From Candidatus Methylomirabilia bacterium (GTDB taxonomy: Bacteria; Methylomirabilota; Methylomirabilia; Rokubacteriales; CSP1-6): DNA of 31,250 nt. The DNA is taken from the NCBI GenBank assembly GCA_041497895.1, contig JBGQHJ010000044.1, forward strand, positions 1-31,250, written 5' to 3'. Numbering within the stretch: the first letter of the stretch is position 1; each line of letters begins with the position of its first letter. Both the position numbers and the translations under genes were made by a program. A model generated the notes under the pieces. The model was not told the DNA's origin, ran no database searches, and was given only the letters and a program-made list of their open reading frames with translations. Of this stretch, positions 26,869 through 31,250 are shown piece by piece.

Positions 26869-28224
26869 GTGACGCCGGCGGTCCACGGCGGGCCGGCGGT
26901 GGAGGACGTGGCGGGCTGGGGGCGCCACCCGGTGATGCCGGGGCGGGTGCAGCGGCCGGAGGACCTGACCCTGCCGGAGGACGGCGAGCCCCTGGTGCCG
27001 CGCGGGCTCGGGCGCGCCTACGGCGACGCGGCGCTGCCGGCCGCCGCGGGCGGCCTCGTGCTCGAGAGCACGCGCGCCGACCGCATCCGCTCATTCGAGC
27101 CCGCGACCGGGCGGCTCCACTGCGAGGCCGGGCTGAGCCTCGCCGAGATCCTGCGCCTCTTCGTGCCCCGCGGGTGGTTCCCGCCGGTCACGCCGGGGAC
27201 CAAGTTCGTCACGGTCGGGGCGTGCGTGGCCTGCGACGTCCACGGCAAGAACCACCACCGCGACGGCTCGTTCGCCAACTTCGTCGACCGGATCACCCTG
27301 CGCACCGCGACCGGCCGGCTCGTCGAGTGCGGGCCGGACCGGGAGCGCGAGCTCTTCCTGGCCACCGTGGGCGGCATGGGGCTCACCGGCCTCATCGTGG
27401 ACGTCACGCTGCGGCTGCGCCGGGTCGAGAGCCCGTGGATCGTGCTCGAGACGCAGGGCGTGGCGAGCCTCGACGCGATGCTGGAGGGCTTGCGCCTCAG
27501 CGCGACCCACTGGCCCTACACGGTGGGCTGGATCGATTGCCTGGCCCGGGGCCGCCACGTCGGGCGCGGGATCCTCATGCGGGGCCGCCACGCCACCCAG
27601 GTCGAGGCCGGCACCCGCCGGCCCCGGCCCGCGCTGCCGCTGCGGGTGCCGTTCGACGCGCCGGAGTGGCTGCTGAACCCGCTCTTCATGCGCTGGTTCA
27701 ACCGCCTCTACGCGTGGAGCCACGGGAGCGCGCTCAAGCGCCGGATCGTCTCCTACGACGCGTTCTTCTACCCGCTCGACGCGGTGGGGCAGTGGAATCG
27801 GCTCTACGGCCGGCGCGGATTCCTCCAGTACCAGTGCGTGCTGCCGCGCGCGGCCGGGCCCCGTCCGGTGGCGGCGCTGCTCGAGCGGCTGGCGGTGGCG
27901 GGCGCGGCCTCGTTCCTGGCCGTGATCAAGGACTGCGGCCCCGCCTCCGACGCCTACCTGTCGTTCCCGATGGAGGGCACGACGCTCGCGCTCGATCTGC
28001 CCAACCGGGGCGCGGTGACCGAGGCGCTGGTCCACGACCTGAACGCGACGGTCATCGAGCACGGCGGGCGCGTCTACCTGGCCAAGGACGCGGTGACGCG
28101 GGCCGAGGACTTCGCGCGCATGATGCCGCGCCTCCGCGAGTGGCGGGCGGTGCGGGACCGCTGGGACCCGGGGCACCGCTTCCGCTCCGCCCTGTCGGTG
28201 CGCCTCCTCGGGGATCGCGTGTGA
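26869..28224 (+). CDS. dprE1: Decaprenylphosphoryl-beta-D-ribose oxidase-like FAD oxidoreductase
   Basis: GWG, RGLGRAYGDAA, PVTPGTKFVTVG, DVHGKNHH..GSF, FFYPLD, FLQYQ, LSFP, GGRVYLAKD. Confidence 0.88.
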   Translation: MTPAVHGGPAVEDVAGWGRHPVMPGRVQRPEDLTLPEDGEPLVPRGLGRAYGDAALPAAAGGLVLESTRADRIRSFEPATGRLHCEAGLSLAEILRLFVPRGWFPPVTPGTKFVTVGACVACDVHGKNHHRDGSFANFVDRITLRTATGRLVECGPDRERELFLATVGGMGLTGLIVDVTLRLRRVESPWIVLETQGVASLDAMLEGLRLSATHWPYTVGWIDCLARGRHVGRGILMRGRHATQVEAGTRRPRPALPLRVPFDAPEWLLNPLFMRWFNRLYAWSHGSALKRRIVSYDAFFYPLDAVGQWNRLYGRRGFLQYQCVLPRAAGPRPVAALLERLAVAGAASFLAVIKDCGPASDAYLSFPMEGTTLALDLPNRGAVTEALVHDLNATVIEHGGRVYLAKDAVTRAEDFARMMPRLREWRAVRDRWDPGHRFRSALSVRLLGDRV

Positions 28225-28237
28225 AGGTCGCGCCCGC

Positions 28238-28975
28238 GTGAAGATCGCGATCGTCGGCGCGACCCGCGGCATGGGCCGCGCGCTCGCGCGGCGCCTCGCC
28301 GAGCGCGGCGACGTCCTGTTCCTGCTCGGGCGCGACGACGTCCAGATGGATCTCTCCGCGCGCGACCTCGAGGCGCGCGGCGCGCCGTCCTCGGTGGGCC
28401 AGGCGCGACTCGACCTGGGCGAGCCCGACGGCTTCGCCGCCGCGCTCGACGCGGCCGACCGCGGGCTGTCGCGCATGGACGCGCTCGTGGTCACCGGCGG
28501 CGTCTTCGCGCGCCCGGAGGAGCTGGCCGCGGATCCCGCACGCCTCGCCGCGCTGCTGCACGCCAACTTCACCGGCACCGTGCTGCTCTGCCAGCAGGCG
28601 GCGGAGCGGCTGGCCGCGCGGGGCGGCGGCCTCATCTGCGTCTTCGGCAGCGTGGCGGGAGACCGGGCCCGGCGCAGCAACTACCTCTACGGCGCGTCGA
28701 AGGCGGGGCTCGCGGTGTTCCTCGACGGGCTCGACCTCGCCTACCGCGGCCGCGGAGTGCGCGTGCTGTGCGTGAAGCCCGGCTTCGTGCGGACCTCGAT
28801 GACCGAGGGGCTGCCGGTGCCGCCCTTCGCGGGCGAGCCGGACGCGGTGGCCCGCCGCGTCGTGGCCGCGATGGACGCGGGCCGCCACCAGGTCTACGTG
28901 CCGGGAGTCTGGCGGGTCGTCATGCTGATCATCCGCGCGCTGCCGCGGGCGGTGCTGCGGCGCGTGCAGTTCTGA
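28238..28975 (+). CDS. SDR family oxidoreductase, DprE2-like
   Basis: GATRGMG, SVAGDRARRSNYLYGASKAG, VKPGFVRTSMT; directly follows dprE1. Confidence 0.85.
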   Translation: MKIAIVGATRGMGRALARRLAERGDVLFLLGRDDVQMDLSARDLEARGAPSSVGQARLDLGEPDGFAAALDAADRGLSRMDALVVTGGVFARPEELAADPARLAALLHANFTGTVLLCQQAAERLAARGGGLICVFGSVAGDRARRSNYLYGASKAGLAVFLDGLDLAYRGRGVRVLCVKPGFVRTSMTEGLPVPPFAGEPDAVARRVVAAMDAGRHQVYVPGVWRVVMLIIRALPRAVLRRVQF

Positions 28976-28986
28976 GAGAGGGAGCC

Positions 28987-29352
28987 ATGCCCAGGATCTG
29001 GCGGGTCTACAGCGGCGCGGACGGTCGGTCGCACGTCGAGGAGATGCCACTGGCGATGAAGCCCTTCACCGACACCGAGGGCGCGCACGGGGAGGGCACC
29101 GCGGTGCAGCCCGCCGCCGGCATCGTGTTCCGGGTCTCGCCGCCGGGCTACGTGCTGGACTGGCACTGCGCGCCGCGCCGGCAGTACTCGATCACGCTCT
29201 CCGGCCAGGCCGAGATCCAGGTCGGCGACGGCACCGTGGTCCGCGTCGGCCCGGGCGACGTGCTGCTGGCCGAGGACCTCACCGGGCGGGGCCACGTCAC
29301 CCGATCGGTCGGCCGCGGACCCCGCTTCTACGCGATCGTGCCGCTCACCTGA
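28987..29352 (+). CDS. Cupin-domain protein
   Basis: GGAG RBS; DGRSH, WHCAPRRQY...LSG, GPGDVLLAEDLTGRGH. Confidence 0.85.
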   Translation: MPRIWRVYSGADGRSHVEEMPLAMKPFTDTEGAHGEGTAVQPAAGIVFRVSPPGYVLDWHCAPRRQYSITLSGQAEIQVGDGTVVRVGPGDVLLAEDLTGRGHVTRSVGRGPRFYAIVPLT

Positions 29353-29364
29353 GCCGACCCCGGC

Positions 29365-30105
29365 TCAGGGCTTCTCGGGCGGCGCCACCGGCACGCCGCG
29401 CACCCCGGACTTCTCGAGCGAGCGGGCCACGAAGCCGGATGCCTTCACGTCCTCGATGAACTCCTTCGCGTACCGAAGGCCCGCGTCGCGCCCGCGCGGC
29501 ATCCCCATCGCCTGCTCGATCACCATGAAGCGGTCCTCGAGCACCTTCGAGCCCGGCAGCTTCGTCTGGTCCATCAGCAGGAGCTGGCGCACCCCGGCGA
29601 TCACGTCCGCCTTCCCCGCCTGCAGCAGGCCGAGCCCCGCGCTGTTGCCCGCTCCGCGCACCAGCATCGCGTGCTTGATGTTGCGGGTCAGGAAATGATC
29701 GTAGGCGCTCTTCTCGGACACCGCGATGCGCACGCCCTCCCGGTCGACGTCGGCGACGCGGGCGTAGGGCGATCCGGCCGGCACCAGGTAGGTGCCCTCG
29801 ATCAGCAGGTGCGGAGCGGTGAAGCCGATCTCGCCCGCCCGGCCCGGCTCGCGGGCGAGGAAGGCCACGTCCCACGCGCCGGTGGCGAGGGCGTCGGTCA
29901 TCTGGCCCGCCGAGGTGTACTGGACCAGCACGACCGGCAGGTCGAGCCGGCGCCCCAGCTCGTTGGCCATGTCGACCGCGACGCCTTTCACCTCGCCGGT
30001 GGTGGGATTCTTCTGGGCGAGGACGAGGTTGCCGTGGTTGACGCCGACCCGCAGCGTGCCGGTCGGGGCGAGATCAGAGCGGACAGCCGAAGAGACTGGT
30101 GACAT
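29365..30105 (-). CDS. Type 2 periplasmic-binding-fold solute-binding protein (amino-acid type), orphan
   Basis: LAPTGTLRVGVN, GVAVD...ELGRRL, WDVAFLA, FTAP, KASGFVARSL; AGGAG RBS. Confidence 0.85.
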   Translation of the reverse strand: MSPVSSAVRSDLAPTGTLRVGVNHGNLVLAQKNPTTGEVKGVAVDMANELGRRLDLPVVLVQYTSAGQMTDALATGAWDVAFLAREPGRAGEIGFTAPHLLIEGTYLVPAGSPYARVADVDREGVRIAVSEKSAYDHFLTRNIKHAMLVRGAGNSAGLGLLQAGKADVIAGVRQLLLMDQTKLPGSKVLEDRFMVIEQAMGMPRGRDAGLRYAKEFIEDVKASGFVARSLEKSGVRGVPVAPPEKP

Positions 30106-30142
30106 GGTCGTTACCGGGCTCCTAGTGGGAAGAGGGTGGGGA

Positions 30143-31250
30143 TCAGGCGACGCACTGGCCGTCCCGGGCCACGACGCGCCCGCCGCTCACCACGAGCGCG
30201 CGGGCCGGCCGCATGGCCACGATCTCGCCGAGGGTCTCGCCCGGCACCACCACCAGATCGGCGCGGCAGCCGACCTCGAGGCCGTAGCCCTCGAGGCCGA
30301 GCACGCGGGCGTTGGCCCGGGTGACGATGTCGAGCGCGTCGTGCAGCAGGGGATCGGCGCGATAGCCGTTGCGGTAGGCGACCAGCATCGCGCGCTCCAG
30401 CATGTCGGCGTTGCCGAACGGGGTCCACGCGTCCCGCACGCCGTCGGAGCCCGCGCCCACCGTGACGCCGGCCTCGCGAAGCCGGCGCACCGGCGGGGAC
30501 GGGCGATCGCCCGGTGCGGTGGTCATGATCGCGATGCGCTGCTCGCGCAGCAGGTCCAGCAGCCCCACGAGCCGGCGCTCGTCGACCATGCCCAGGCAGA
30601 AGGCGTGGCTCACCGCCACCTTGCCCGCGAGCCCGAGCGCCCGGGTGCGCTCCGCGATCAGGTGGATCTGCTCCGCGCCTTCCTCCCCGCCGTCGTGGAG
30701 GTGGATGTCGACCCCGGCCCCGTGTCGCCCGGCGATGCCGAAGACGACGTCGAGCTGCCCCGCCGCGTCGCCGTCGATGCCGCTCGGATCCACGCCGCCG
30801 ATCAGCTCCGCGCCGTCCTTCACCGCCTGCTCCAGCAGCTCCGCGGTGCCGGGGCGGGAGACCACCCCGCTCTGGGGGAAGGCCACCACCTGGATGGACA
30901 CGACGTCCCGGAGACGGCTGCGCGCGGTCATGACGCCCTCGAAGCCGCGCAGGCCGACCTCGGTGTCGACGTCGACGTGGCTGCGGATGTGGAGGGTCCC
31001 GCGGCTCACCGCCTGCCGGGCCAGCCGCTCCGCCTGCACGTCCGCCGGCAGCGCGAGTTCCCGGCGCAGCCGCCGCTCGTTCTCGATGCGCTCGCGCGTC
31101 GTCGGCCCGGCCTCGTGCGGCCGCCACGGCAGGCCCCAGAACGTCTTGTCGAGGTGCATGTGCGCGTCGACCAGGGCCGGGAGGAGGATGCCACCGCGGC
31201 CGTCGATCACCGCCGCGCCAGGGGGCGGCACGATCCCGGGAGCCCCGCGC
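30143..31250 (-). CDS. Amidohydrolase (cytosine/creatinine deaminase-like), 5' partial
   Basis: IDGRGGILLPALVDAHMHLDK, RSHVDV, VAFPQ, DIHLHD, SHAFCL, GSDGVRD.W.PFG; the frame is open to the window edge. Confidence 0.9.
   Translation of the reverse strand, partial: RGAPGIVPPPGAAVIDGRGGILLPALVDAHMHLDKTFWGLPWRPHEAGPTTRERIENERRLRRELALPADVQAERLARQAVSRGTLHIRSHVDVDTEVGLRGFEGVMTARSRLRDVVSIQVVAFPQSGVVSRPGTAELLEQAVKDGAELIGGVDPSGIDGDAAGQLDVVFGIAGRHGAGVDIHLHDGGEEGAEQIHLIAERTRALGLAGKVAVSHAFCLGMVDERRLVGLLDLLREQRIAIMTTAPGDRPSPPVRRLREAGVTVGAGSDGVRDAWTPFGNADMLERAMLVAYRNGYRADPLLHDALDIVTRANARVLGLEGYGLEVGCRADLVVVPGETLGEIVAMRPARALVVSGGRVVARDGQCVA

Noticed and set aside
1..31250. Sigma-54 (-24/-12) promoters, expected given two enhancer-binding proteins; also tRNA, rRNA, transposase and integrase genes
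   Set aside because: No convincing TGGCAC-N5-TTGC site was found by eye in the intergenic regions, and no sequence supported RNA genes or mobility enzymes.

Overview
Very GC-rich (roughly 70%, estimated by eye) bacterial chromosome segment from a diderm, LPS-producing organism. The gene mix would fit Candidatus Rokubacteria/Methylomirabilota, but that is inference only. Left third: end of a sigma-54 activator, MFS transporter, a cytochrome c plus cytochrome c' pair, two class III nucleotide cyclases, RlpA, a cytidylate-kinase-like/BON protein, HtrA protease, a SPOR protein and a single-domain response regulator. Then a co-oriented run of about 18 kb: NtrC-type regulator, galU, pncB, trpC-trpF-trpB-trpA-accD-folC-lptD, DegT aminotransferase, nucleotide-sugar dehydrogenase, a UbiA/DprE1/DprE2-like polyprenyl-phosphoryl-arabinose module and a cupin. 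The window ends with an orphan solute-binding protein and a partial amidohydrolase on the minus strand. No rRNA, tRNA, CRISPR array or transposase was seen. Main signals: (1) two copies of an unannotated ~170-nt intergenic element with 43-47 bp near-perfect inverted arms that differ between copies around a conserved structured loop; (2) an in-frame TAG in galU; (3) a CHASE2-adenylate cyclase-PilZ fusion, plus a second cyclase with altered specificity residues; (4) a contracted CxCH heme motif; (5) repeated leaderless-type promoter geometry; (6) a probable CTG start codon.
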